The position numbers and the translations under genes were made by a program. From the NCBI RefSeq assembly GCF_009914755.1, contig NC_060933.1: 64,000 bases of DNA; one strand, 5' to 3'. Under the pieces are notes generated by a model that saw nothing but the letters and a program-made list of their open reading frames with translations, searched no databases and was not told the origin of the DNA. The DNA is from the human T2T-CHM13v2.0 reference genome, Homo sapiens. The number at the start of each line of letters is the position of its first letter. Within the stretch, counting starts at the first letter, position 1. Positions 48,001-62,339 of this stretch are shown here, in pieces.

Positions 48001-48510
48001 AGAACTCTTACAACGTAGTAATAAAAAGACAAATAACCCAACAAAAAAATGGACAAACAGTATTCAAAAAAGATAAACAAATTTGTATCTTCAACATTTT
48101 TGGCAGACACAAGACATTGATTTACACTTATGCAGATGAATATAATAAAAAAGACATGATGACTGTTGATAAGAATGTGGAGAAATCAGAACCCTCAAGC
48201 ATGGCTGTTGAGACTGTTAAGTGGTTTCTCCCTTTGGGAAATATTCTGGAAGATCCTCAAAAGGTAAAACATAGAGTTGTCATAAGACCCAGCAATTCTA
48301 CTCATAGATATATATCCAAAATAAGTGAAAATATATGTCCACACAACAATATATACACGAATATTCTTTACAACTAGAAAGTAGAAACAACCAAAATGTC
48401 CGTAAATTGTTAAATGGATAAACAAAGCAAGGTATATTCATTAGACTACTATTTAAAATAAAATAAAGGAATCACATGAAATACTGATAGATGCTATAAA
48501 ATGAATAATA

Positions 48511-48879
<369 letters not shown>

Positions 48880-50787
48880 TCACATTATTTTATTTATATT
48901 AAATCTACAGAATAGGCAAATAGAAAGAATATTACTGGTTGCCTAGCACTTGGGGGGAATTGGGGAGGTGAGAGAGGGAGGAGTTAAGGAGAAATGGAGG
49001 GTTACTGCTATTGTGTTTGGGGTTTCCTTCTGGAGTGATGAAAATATTCTAAAATTGATGAGGGTGATAATGCACAGCCCTGTGAATATACTAAAACCCA
49101 CAGAGTTATACACTTCAAATAGGTGAATTGTATATATTTGAATTATATAATACAGTTATTAAATTAGTATCTATTTCATATTACTTACATTTTATGTATA
49201 ATTAGTAATATATTTATATATTCGTGTGTGAGTAAAAGTACTTAAATGCATATATTTATTTGTGAGAGAAAGTAAAAAGTACAGCATGTATGTCTTTGAA
49301 TGACATTTGGAATCCTGAAATAATTGTTTATCTTTATATAAGTGAACATTCTATTTCCTGAATAACATTTATTCTTTCTAATTTATTGTAGAATTAGTGC
49401 CCACTAAGTGAACAATCTTCCAGAATATTTCTGATGGTTATGGTTACTAATAAAAACTTCAACTACTGAATTTTTATCACTAAGACTGACAAATCCATAG
49501 GAAAGGACACTATGAAGTAAGAGCAAAATTCCATAATCTTTAAGAATTTCCTTAAGGAGATAACAATTTTGAATAAAACATGAAAATTTGCTCCCCTGGT
49601 TTGTAAACAAATGGTTACTTAATTGAAAATCTGTCCTAAAGCACTGCAGTTATAATCTCACTTCCATGTTATTCAGACTTTGCTCCAAGCATTTGCATTT
49701 TGATACACATTTTGACATTTTGCAATATGTACATGCTGCATAATCAAATGGCATGAAATATTCAGATAAAACATAATACATCAGTACAGTGGTTTCAAAA
49801 ATAGTGTCTTTATTTGTAACTTGAAAAATAAAGTTACAAAAAAAGTGTTCATTAGGGGATAATATATACATTAGGAATCTTGTGTATATATATGAGAAAT
49901 ATAACATGTATATGCTATATGTCTATATGAGAAACACAGTATCAGTTTTATAACTGACAAACTTATTTACAATAATGATATTTATATAAATTATGGTTTT
50001 TTTCCAGCAGAAATGCTATATGGATGTACTGTCCTTTCATTCACCACTGCTGAATTGTTTATTTTTATTCCAAATGTCACAACTACAAGAATATATTTCA
50101 AAAACATTCTAACCACTGATAAGAAATTAACTTCATGCTCTCTAGGAATTTAGACTTCTTAGTGTATAATTATGAAAGATGATCTGATGATCTCTGAATA
50201 TTGTTTTTTTTTCTTTCTATTCCAGTATTAGGCAACAGTACCAATTCATCTACTTCTGACCTCCTTGAATAGGATCAAATGTCTAAATCAACATTGTGAT
50301 CTTTGCTTATAATCTTCTGTAACATTTGTTTTATTTCTTGTTTACTTTTGAGAAAATTGCCCTAAAAAAGTGAAAGCTGAAGTAAAGAAAAATGTATAGT
50401 GAAATAAACAAATCTGGGCTTTCACATTCTGCTTTTAATTCAAGAGGAAAAAAAAACAAAAAACAAAACACCTCAACCTTTTTCCTGTAAGTACATTTTC
50501 ATATAGAAATGTTTTATTCTTAACCTATAAAATTGGTCAAAGAATAATAATAAACTACCAGTATGGCCAACATCATTCTGATTCAGTCTTACCCAAACAA
50601 CAGAATTATTTTATGCTGCAAAATTTTAACTGTCTTGGCCAGCAATAAGGCCTAAAAGATCTGAAGCAATCTGGCCCCACTGAGCTTCTGAGGACTCCCT
50701 TCTCACTGAAGAACAACTTTAGCGTTGGTGCCAAATTTAAGCAAGAGAGAAACCTTAGGCAGGCAAGTCAAGTTCCACATAAAAGTC

Positions 50788-51070
50788 ATTCTCAGCAAAC
50801 TATCACAAGAACAGAAAACCAAACACCACATGTTCTCCCTCGTAAGTGGGAGTTGAACAATAAGAACACATGGACACAGGGAGAGGAACATCACACACTG
50901 GAGCCTGTCGTGGGGTGGGCAGCTAGGAGAGGGATAGCATTAGGAGAAATACCTAATGTAGGTGACGGGTCGATGGGTGCAGCAAACCACCACGGCACGT
51001 GTATACCTATGTAACAAACCTGTGCTTTCTGCACATGTACACCAGAACTTAAAGTAGAAAAAAAAAAACC
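50788..51070 (+). mobile_element. Short L1PA7-like 3' end
   Basis: acctaatgtaggtgacgggtcgatgggtgcagcaaaccacc. Candidate TSD aaaagtc (50781-50787 / 51075-51081). Confidence 0.9.
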
Positions 51071-51229
51071 ATAAAAAAGTCTAAAATTGGAGGAGGGAAA
51101 CAGAAGCAGGAAATCTGACAAAGCAAGCTACCGTAGTTTTTAACGCTACCCTAAAATGACAGAAGTTGAAGTTGTGGAAAGCTATAAACGCTTTGAGTCA
51201 AACTTTTTTCTTTATGTTTGTAAAAACAA

Positions 51230-52610
51230 ATTAAAATAAGAATAAACAAGGGGCAAGTATTGAAGTTAAATTCCGTAGAAAATTATTTTAAAAACAATTC
51301 AGAATAAGGAGTCTTATAACATCCTGATAAACATTTTAAGTATACTAAAAAGAAAATAATAATAATAACACTAAAGGAAGCAATTCATAATATATTATTT
51401 CAAAACAAGTTGAAAGAATTATGCACAAAAATTTGAAAGAACAACATAAATAGAATTATAACAACTCAGAAATAGATGACAATTCAAACAGATGAATTAA
51501 TATGAAAGGAAATAATATGAAAGGAGTATTTATTTTAATGAAGACTAAACTAGGAGAAACACATGGTTTAATACGCACAACAAAAATTTCTTAAGAGAAA
51601 CAGATGAACAAAAGAACATTTTAAAAATATACAATAACAAAGGATGGAATGAAACATATTAGAGAGAAAGTAATGAGTATTGAGGATTGATAAAGAGGAT
51701 TGAACATATAGACACTACAGTTCCTGAAGAACCTAAGGAAAGTATCAGAGAAAATAATCATTAATATATTCCTTTCAAGGTAAATTTTCTTTTAAAAAGT
51801 TTAAATTTCACATTAATGGATGCGCTGTGCATCTGAGAATATTGACTATAATGGTAAAAATCTATCCTAGTAAAACTATTGCACTTCAATGAAGATAAAA
51901 AATTAAACATATGACTTGGAAGGAAAATGAAACTAGAATCTTATCAGACTTTCAAAAGCAATTTTCATGTGACGATAGAGTAATATAACTAAGATATTCA
52001 AGGAAAGAACATGTGAACCATGGATTTTAGATTTAGGAAATTTGAGCTTCAAATGTGAAGGATAGAGTCAAACTGTTATCAAGTGGCAAAAACTCAGGGA
52101 ATGTAGTTCCCAGGAGTTCTTCCTAAAGATTTTACTCAGAGCAGGCTTCAGGAAAGCAAGACAACCAGAGAGATTTAGGCATAAGAGGTGGTGTGAGCAC
52201 TAATTGTTTCTATAGGATCAAAATTCAGTGAGAATTAAAATGGGGAGAAAAGAGTATGTAATGGCTATCTGATCTGATAATTCAGTTATATTGCAACTAT
52301 TACCAAATGAGAAGATAACGAGGTTAGCATATATCAACATTATAAGGCATGTTCAATAATAATAATTGGTGATAAATAGAAGTATTAATATAGTTAATCT
52401 ATAACTGTTTATGTAAAGAAGAAACTGAAAATATGTAATTATCAGTTATATTAATCCTATCATCACCTATTTTTATTGAAAACCAGAATTCTCAGTGTGG
52501 AATTAAGAAGATTCAGTTGTAATATGGGAGAGATTAAGTAAAATCCTTGTGATGCTGCCACATATGGAATAGAAAGAGCAGCATGAAAACATGAGATATT
52601 TTGCCATTAA

Positions 52611-52671
<61 letters not shown>

Positions 52672-52950
52672 TTTCCAAGCTAGTATATATGCCTAGTTTC
52701 ATTCATTAAAATTGTCCTAGAAACAATGACCAGTGCAGAAGCATTTGGCTTCCATAACACCAATAATGGACCTGATATGTTATTTCCTATTAGAAGAAAC
52801 CAGAGCTTCATGGAACAACAATTGATTCTCATTGCGGGGCATAAAATATACAATAATCCTGAGACATCTTGACATACGGTTATTTAAGAAAGATCTCCAA
52901 GATATAAAAGGACTCTGGACCTCTCCCCAATATAAAACCATTACTGAATG
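51230..52950 (+). mobile_element. HAL1-like (ORF1-only L1 relative) relic, approximate bounds
   Basis: atcctagtaaaactattgcacttc...atcagactttcaaaagcaa...tgtgaaccatggatttta...aactcagggaatgtagttcccaggag is degenerate ORF1-like sequence without a following ORF2. Confidence 0.55.
52611..52671 (+). repeat. (TA)n(CA)n(GA)n compound microsatellite
   Basis: Directly visible. Confidence 0.95.
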
Positions 52951-53075
52951 AAAATAACAGCAACTTATTCTTGCATTAGGTTTATTCTTGCATTAGGTTA
53001 AAACACATAGTACCTAAAGTAAGAATTTAATTTCAGACAAGATATTGACAATAATTAATATGTCCTTGTTAGTAA

Positions 53076-53476
53076 TTTATTTTTTTTAATTGTACTTTAA
53101 ATTCTGGGATACATGTGCAGAACGTGCAGGTTTGTTAAATAGGTATATATGTGCCATGGTGGTTTGCTGCACCTATCAACCTGTCATCTAGGTTTTAACC
53201 CCCACCTGCATTAGGTATTTGTCCTAATGCTTTCCCTCCCCTTCCTCCCAAACCCCTGATCAGCCCCAGTGTGTGATATTCCCCTCCCTGTGTCCATACT
53301 TTACCATTGTTCAACTCCTGCTTACTAGTGAGAACATACAGTGTTCGGTTTTCTTTTCCTCTGTTAATTTGCTGAGAATGACAGCTTCCAGCTTCATTCA
53401 TGTCCCTGCAAAGGACATGAACTCATTCTTTTTTATGGCTGCATAGTATCCCATGGTGTATATGTGACACATTTTT
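53076..53476 (-). mobile_element. Short L1PA8-like 3' end
   Basis: cacctatcaacctgtcatctaggttttaacccccacctgcattaggtatttgtcctaatgc diagnostic. Confidence 0.9.
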
Positions 53477-55929
53477 AAGAATACACTTCTGTGACAAAAT
53501 GCAGGCTCAATTCTCAAAATATGAAAAACGTTGTGCGTTCTGGACCAACTCCTAAAAAGAATGCTTAAATATTTAGGAGATGGAGTCATTGCTTACACAC
53601 AATGAACACCGATTGATTTTTAGATCAACTTCAAGTTAGTTGGTTATCAAACCATTTCGAAAAGGTCAGTTTTTGTGTTAGTTTTCAATTTGCATTATGC
53701 ATCAAAGCAGTTGTTTATCTGGTACAGGTCACAGGATTTTGATATATTGTAAGAAAGAGAGATTTTTTTAAAAATTTCTCTAATGAGGCATGTCTAGAAT
53801 AACAAAGTTGTTTGTGGTTTATGGGATTAAGCTAAACAAATAATTCTCTCCCTAGTGATTACCTATCATATCCAAATCTTAATGAATAATTGATATAGAT
53901 AATATAAAGGAGTTTTTATCATAGTAGAAAATATTCATCTGTTATATATTCATAATAAATTATCAGACATCAATAAACCTATTGTTATGACAAGTATTTA
54001 ATACAGTGTATAATTTTAAATGGTCACAGTGAATGAATAACTACCACTTCTAAGGCCCACCCACCAGCTCAATCCAATTGCTGGAAACATGGATATTTTT
54101 ATGATTCTAGTTTTGCAAATAGTCACAGTATTTTTAAAAATAATTATGTGTTTACTTAGAACGAGAATCACACTAACAGGCCCTTGGGAAAAAAAAAAAA
54201 AAAAGAACATCTTTGTAGCATTAGTAGGTTGAGATTTTAATCAAAAGGAGTTCAGAAACTGTGAATACCTCAGTTGACTAAGGTATAAATATTAATTTCT
54301 AAATATTAGAAATAGCTGGAAAGTAACAGAAGCCTAGTTCATTATTGATCTCATGATCAATCCCTGCTTAATCTAGAAAAATCACTTTCCTATCTATTGG
54401 CAATTTCACTGCTTTATGGATTTGATGCCTCCTTTAACATCCTTATTGATAGCTAGATCAACACTTACTTATTTATAACTATACTTGCATGGTTTACTTT
54501 GTATACACAAAAGTCCCTTGAAACCTGAACACTTAATCATTCTCCTGTTTTACAATACTAAATGGATTAAATGTTGCTAGAGAAGAACCTGTGAAATTAC
54601 TATAAAAGTTAGCAGTTAGAAAAGTGGTCAACTTGCTGATAGCTTCCAATTAACAGTTCATTATCTATGTTAAAGCATCTAAGAAGTACTTTATCACTTA
54701 TGTTGAAACCTAGATATTTCTCATGTCTATTCAAATGTAAATACAAAGATTTATAACACAGGATCCCAAACCATTCCTACCTAAATCTAGCATCTTCTGA
54801 ATCATATACTTAAATTTGACAAATGAAATGTCATTAACCTAATATAAATCCTCCATTTTCTGCATTGACATAAGATAAATAAAAGGAAATCCCTTGTACC
54901 AGATGTTGTTTCAATCCTAGTAAGCTAAATTTGTTCACACTCATGTCCATCTGGGGAATGTAGACCAGACTTGGACTTAAGAAGATGGAACATGACAGAT
55001 TTATAAAACTAGAGTTCCTAGCAGTAATTTGAAACAGAGTTAAAAAGGCATCCTACTAATACAATTAGAACACACTAATACTTCTCTGTACATGGACCAA
55101 GGATGTGAGTGGTATTTCTCCTGAAAAAAAAAATCATATTTTAAGCCTGAGCTTCCATGGCCATGTATGTCAAATATATAAGATCTGCAGTGTTAAAACC
55201 AACAAATAGAAAACTATAATAAAACTTAATCAAAGGCCTGTTTTACTTAGACATCCAAAAACAAAATGGGTTACCCAAAGCCATTATGAAATACAAAGGT
55301 AAAACTAACACTTAGTCTTTAATTAACTTTAACCTAGTTGCTAGTCTTCCATGGAGCAGATTATACACATGACCAGAAGATTTAAGTTTTGTGTTGACAT
55401 CAGACGACAAGCCAGGAGCTTGGGTTTTTCTGTTTTTCTTTATTTTTGTGTATTTATGTATATATGTGTGTTTTGGGTTATTATTTGCTTTGGTTAATTG
55501 TTTTATCATAATTAAAATTTTAATCAAAATGTACAAAACATAATTTAATGAAAATGATTGACTGTCATAATAAAACTTTACCATAAAATTTCAGCCAATT
55601 GGTTATTCTAAAAGCTTGACTACTATTCAATCAATATGCTTCATTCAAAGAAAAAGAAAAAAAAATCAGCAATCACAAATTTCTTTTTTTTTAAATTATT
55701 ATTATTATTATGGAGGTAACTCCATGTGGTCTACAGGGATCACACACTTTGGTTGAATATGCTTAATTGCCTGAGAACTCTGCCACAAAGACTCCCTACA
55801 CTTAGGCCTATTTTCTTTGGCTTCAGTATTAAGGATCACTGCTTTTGCAGATTGTGTTTCTCATTTATCTGTATTTCATGACCAATCTGTATTAATTCTG
55901 TTTTAACAGCCTCCTGGTCTTCTTAACTA

Positions 55930-56322
<393 letters not shown>

Positions 56323-58074
56323 TTACCATATTCTGCAAAATTTTCAGCAACTGAGTACTTCTGCCTCATAACCAGGTCATCAAGCCAACAGTTCTAATGA
56401 CTAATACTATTTTCATTTGGCTGTAAAAGGAATAATCCAATTGTCTTATCTGTGTCTGTTATTCTTGCAGTAGTTTTTCTCATATGTACCTGTGTCGGTA
56501 TTTCCTTTTAACTTGTGGTTGATGTTACCTGACGTTACCTGACGTTAGTGTTCTCTATATCTGTAAGTGAAGGAAGTCTCATTATTGTACCAGACAAAAC
56601 ATAATTAGATGTTATAATGATGTGTTTTTAAGTTTAGCCCTTCACGTAGGCCCTTTGGATATGCATGGATTGTAGGTATTTGCCAATATACATCATGCTT
56701 GTGTTTAATTAAAACAGACAGATCTACCGTCAAGGGAAAGGAAATGTATAGACTGAGGTAAAAAGTTAATCAAGTATTGATTAAATTATAGAGTACAAAG
56801 GTTGTTTGGCTTGTGTAATAACACTTGTATGGAAATATTAGGCGACTTGAGTTTGTACTCCATAACTTCTGAATGACTACACAAGAAATCTGAAAGGATG
56901 AGTGCATCAATTTGAATATTTCTGTCTCAAGAAGTTGAGACTCCCTACAGAAATGCAAAAAGATGTCATGTCCAGAAATGAGAAAAAGCTTAGTGGACCA
57001 ATTACACTCTGTTAAATATTGAACCTGAGCTTCTAGCTTTACTCAAATATGACGAATTCAGGCACTACAGAAAATGGCACAAATCAAATAGGAAGAATTT
57101 CCAAGACTAAGAACACTCTTTGATAGTCAAGTTCAGAAATATTGGCTATGCTCTTCAGAAAAAGGCAAGCCCAAGTCTCATTACTTTCCTGTGAATTTGC
57201 TACAATTATTTTGTCATGAGAGTGAAATGTTTCTGAAAAGATTGCTATGTCTTTGTTTACATCCAGGAAAAACTGATAACTCAGATTACAAAAACTCTTA
57301 AATTTGAACGCATTATTGTTCTAATTGACTTATAAAAATAAATAAGTACTTATATTTTAAATATGAGACAATTCTTATAAAAAGAAGAAATTGAACTTCT
57401 TATCTCAAATGACTTAAATATCTTGGCCCTTTAAGAAAAAATCTTGGCCCTTTAAGAAAAAAAAAGTCTCATTGAAAATACCAGTCAAGAAAAAGTAAGC
57501 TGTAATATCTATGGCAGATGCACAGGTAAGAAAAAAAATGCAACTAAATATTAGGCTACCAATAAATAATCTTATTTTTAAAACTTTATAGTAAATAAAT
57601 ACCAAATCATATAAAAGTTAAAGCTGATAGGATATTTCCATTTGGGGTGAATTCTTGGATATGATCATTTGTTTGGGTTAATAAATTTCATCTTGAAAGT
57701 ATTATATTTTATTTTATCCAATACATTCTTATTCTCAGATTTAGTTTGATTCCTTTTTCCTATAATTTATTATGTTAATTTTAACATTTGTTTTTATTTT
57801 TGTTTTTACTTATTCAAACCTCCATACTCCATACTATGTTTTATGAATCAAAATACATCAAATTACTTAAAGTCATAATAAATGTAAAATACACATATGC
57901 TTTAATAAATTAAATGTTTTGCATTGCTTTCTTCAAAATATATTTATTCTTAGGAACTACTGACATTGCTGCAAGTCATGTGGATTAAGTAAATCTACAT
58001 ACACCAGCTATATAAAATTTTAAAGTGCCATCTTTCTGGCAAGATTTAATATAAATAATTATAAAGAAAGTGCT

Positions 58075-58420
58075 CCTCAGGCTACAATGGTGTAACAAGA
58101 CCTTAACTTAATTACCTATTGTGAACATTTGAAAAATCAGATAAAATACGTAAAACAACTGTTTTCAGACATTAGACAAGCAAAACAAGACTATGATATT
58201 TGTGGAAGGGAAACAAACAAAACGAATACTTCAGCAGCCCAGGCTTTCAGGCTGGAGCCGATTACTTCTGGGCAGTAGACCCAGGGAGGGAACTTACACA
58301 GCAGAGCTGGCATGGTGAACTGAGATGTAGAAAGTAATGTGGGGAGGTTGAGATGCCTGGGAGTTTGGGGGCAGAATAATTCCAGAGAGTAGGGAGATAA
58401 TATAGAAAAAGAGTTCCAGA
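58075..58420 (+). mobile_element. Old L1M 5'UTR-like fragment
   Basis: gataaaatacgtaaaacaactgttttcagacattagac...agcccaggctttc resembles L1MC/ME 5' ends. Confidence 0.5.
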
Positions 58421-59684
58421 AACCAGTGATTTAAATAAACAATAAAATAATAAAAAGTGTCAGTGAATAATTTTGGAAGTTCATTAACAAAACTGAAATA
58501 GAATCTAAATGAAAATAAATATATGAAATGAAAGAAGGTCTTTAGAATTATGGCATTCTTAAGGTCATTGTATTTTTAAAGAAATATTAACTTCATTGAC
58601 TATCCATCTACTCAGACAACTTTTTAACACTATTTTGTTACGTACTTTTTTCATCCTGTCCAAACTATTAGGCAAGATTCTTCAGGATAGTATAACGTTT
58701 TTCATAAAAACAGTAACACAACCCTTTTTAGCTGTGGAAAATTCTAGATAGAACATAGTAAATAGGTCTTGCCCTCCACCTCCATACCCATCCCCATCCA
58801 CAATGCTTTGAATTTAAAAAAAGACTGCATTTAAGATCTACATTTCTCAGAAAACATAAATTTTCATTCACATAACTCCTTTTAACATTTATCAAACACT
58901 AAGGATTTATGAATCAATCCAAAGAAATGGTATTATTTGGCTATTTTACATGCCATACCGGCATGAATCGAATCATAATTTTTATTACCTAGTCTCAAAT
59001 TTATTCTTCCAAATACAATTTGCATCCTTATAATTTTCATAATTAACATCCAACGAGCTTTCCTTGAAATTACATAAAATTTGATATTTAAGTACCTAAA
59101 CAGACACATGGTGTTTCTCCTCCATTAATTATATTTTATCTTCCTTTGTAGTATTTTTTATTTTATTAAATAAGCTTTTAATATTAAATACCACTCTAGC
59201 ATATGTAGTTTATAATTTGATAAGTGAGATTGGTAATTTTTCTTATTTTATTTTTTAATAGACATATAGGCTATCTATTGATCATTGATCAATAGATAGA
59301 ATTTTGGATATCTATTAAAAATGTATGTACATTTTTTAACCAGAAAACTTACTGAATTCTATTTTTTTTGTATAATACTACATGTTTTGTGACAAATTAC
59401 ATGATGAATAAGGCATACAAAGATGAATACAAAGGTGAATAAGGCACAGCTTATTCATCAACATGCTAGACCACAATGGGTGAAAAATTGAATAAAAAAT
59501 GTGTTTGTTGAAGAATAAATTAACATATCTACATTTTTTCATTGTATAATATTATCTGCCAGAAATATAGACAAAGGTTAGTGACAATTTACATAGCCTT
59601 GGTAGGTAAATTGGGAGGATGTGGGGTGAAAATACAAGACATAAGACAAAAGATCAGTATGTGTGTAAGGAAAAGCAAAATTGG

Positions 59685-59810
59685 ATCCTACTGGGAAAGT
59701 TACATCATCTTTAAACCAATTTCCTCATCAGTAAAATGAGGATAATTGCATTTTCTAAGGTCATCGTAAATATAAAATTAGACTTTACATATAAAAGCAC
59801 TTTGAAAAAA
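59685..59810 (+). mobile_element. MIR fragment
   Basis: aatttcctcatcagtaaaatgaggataattg...taaaagcactttgaaaa. Confidence 0.6.
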
Positions 59811-61123
59811 ACAAAACACTCTTAATACGCATCATTTTACAAATGTCTGTGAAAGAGAAACAATTTGTCTATGTTCTCCTAAATTGTCACATATTTTCTA
59901 AGGTAAGTGATGATAAATTAATAAAAGAATAATGGCATATTTCAATTATTTTATTTTTCTATTTTGATATGTAATGTTTACTCTTTTGTGTGGAAATGTA
60001 TATTTGTCAAAAAAGCTTTTGAGGTTCTATGACCGACAGTAATTACCAGGCAATCAAATTTATTGAACTGTGGAGAAAAATGGATATTCTTGAGCTCTCT
60101 ATAAAAGGTACAGTAAATCTAGTAGCTCTGTAATTAACTTATAATTATGTAAGCAATAAAGGCATAATTATAAGATTATAAATATGTTAAGATTATAAGG
60201 AATTTTCTGGCATTTAATTAACATTTACTGAGGCAGACTACAGCAAATTAAATATCAATTAATAAAAATAGTGACATTTATTTAGATACTCTATTAGTTG
60301 TCACAATTATTAACTTGTTATCACTGGCTTTTAAAATTCTGATTAAGTGTGTAAAAATCTCTATGATTTTTATGTGGTAAAAATCTAATTATATTAGTGT
60401 CCTATAATTTTAAATTGATTACACAGAATATCTCACAATAAACTTCAATATTATCCTGTAAATTGATGCATAATGGACATACACTAGTTTATAAAGCCAA
60501 ATAAACATGTTCTCAAGAGCTAAACAATCTTACAAACCCTCTCTCTCTTTGTAGTACCCAATGTTATAATCTTAAAATTAAAAAAAATAATTAAACCTGT
60601 GAGACAATTTATGTCTACAGCAAAACACGAAATATGGCTCTTCTATAGCTGTTCTATGTCTCTGACATGGATCCATGACTTAGAATACCTGCTTTGAAAC
60701 ATATAGCTGACTGTCTAAGATATACCTATGTAAATTCTAGCTTATCTGTTTTAGTCTTAATCATCTGGTCCTAGCAAGTACATTGAAGGTGATAGATGTC
60801 TTAACTAGTGTAAAATACACATTCCATCCATATTAATTCTAAATACTCACCATTCAGTTCTTTCATTCATAATTCCCAGTTCCCAAAATGATATAAAATG
60901 TTTAAGAAGTATACTAACAAAAAAGCCAAAACCTTTGTAAAAAATAAATTATTACATTAGAAAAAAATTAAAGAAAGTAGATCAGGAAAACCACCAAAAG
61001 TGATAGGTAAAATACCCTTAATTTGTGACATTGTCTTATACTAAGAGAAATGATTGATTTCTCCTGAAATAAGTTCAATTTTACCAATGCATAGTGTGCA
61101 CATCTTGGCCCATAAGAACTTAC

Positions 61124-61211
61124 TTGAAAGGATACTACAGTTATATATATTTGAAAACCTTTTCTTTGAATGCATAGGTATGCATTCATTTATGAAAGAC
61201 TCTGAGAAAAC
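61124..61211 (-). other. Candidate exon (88 nt) of an unidentified minus-strand transcript
   Basis: Acceptor tttcttttctgcag|G and donor CAA|gtaagt. Confidence 0.3.
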
Positions 61212-62138
61212 CTGCAGAAAAGAAATCTATACAAGTTTGTCAAACAGAATTTAAGCCTGGAACTTTCAAATCATATCATACTAAGTTATCAACAAACTAG
61301 AACACAGAAATGCTCTGTTAGAATTACTTTGAAACTAAAAAATGTACTTGAGGCAGTGTTCCTTGGACCACCTTAGTTCTGAGAGTTTTAGTTATAAGAT
61401 ACGAAATGTGTGAAAATTAGTACTAAAAATGTCAGTGTTTTTCTGATTAATTTATGAAACTAAGTTGAGTGTGTTCCTTTTAGGTAAATCTGTGACATTA
61501 CAAGAAATTAAACATCAAGTGTTATTAAAAAAAAAAGTCCTCATTTCTTGTTTACTTAAATAATAACACATCCCGGCCAAAAAAAAAAAAAAGGATTCTT
61601 CAATATTTGGCTGTCAGAAGGTTCTCAGATATTATAAACATTTGAACAGGCTGATATCACATTAAAATACAAACTTCTTTTCAACAAGAAAATAGTTTTT
61701 AAAGTTAAGCTATGTTTAAATAAATAATATTCAGAGAAACTGTGATATAGCCAATGTATAGAAATATATTTTAAATTATAAATCAATGACAAAATAAGCA
61801 AATAATAATAAAACAGAGAGTACTATCCCTGTATCTGAGGTATCCACTTTTGGAAATCTGTCTTTGAATTCAATTTTAACTACTATATAAATATTTTATT
61901 TATTATAACTGACATTTAGATTTTGTGGTTCTTATAAACTCAACTGTTTTCCTTGGTAATATCTCTTTAAATGATTTAACTTAGAAATAAAATTTTCTGA
62001 ACTAAAATTGACATAATTTACATATTATGACACAACGTGTTATATTCTCTCATCATCTGTGAATCTTCCTGTAATAACAAGAATGCTCCGAAACATATCT
62101 TAATGAATCACATGTATATTTTTAATTTTAAACTTTTT

Positions 62139-62317
62139 TGAGATGTTATATATGATATATATTATATATTATATATTATACATTATATATATTTTATATA
62201 TTATATATATTATATATAATATATATTATACATTATATATTATATGTAATATATATAACATCTCATAAAAATATATATAACATCTCAGAAAATAGTTTAA
62301 TATATATATATATATAA
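62139..62317. repeat. AT-rich (TA/TTATATA)n low-complexity tract with inverted flanks
   Basis: Directly visible. Confidence 0.9.
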
Positions 62318-62339
62318 CTCAAAAGGTATATACCATTCT

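Noticed and set aside
50200-50272. Strong plus-strand acceptor followed by IRQQYQFIYF*, reminiscent of a tyrosine-phosphatase Q-loop
   Set aside because: Immediately terminated and no other PTP exons are present. Treated as coincidence.
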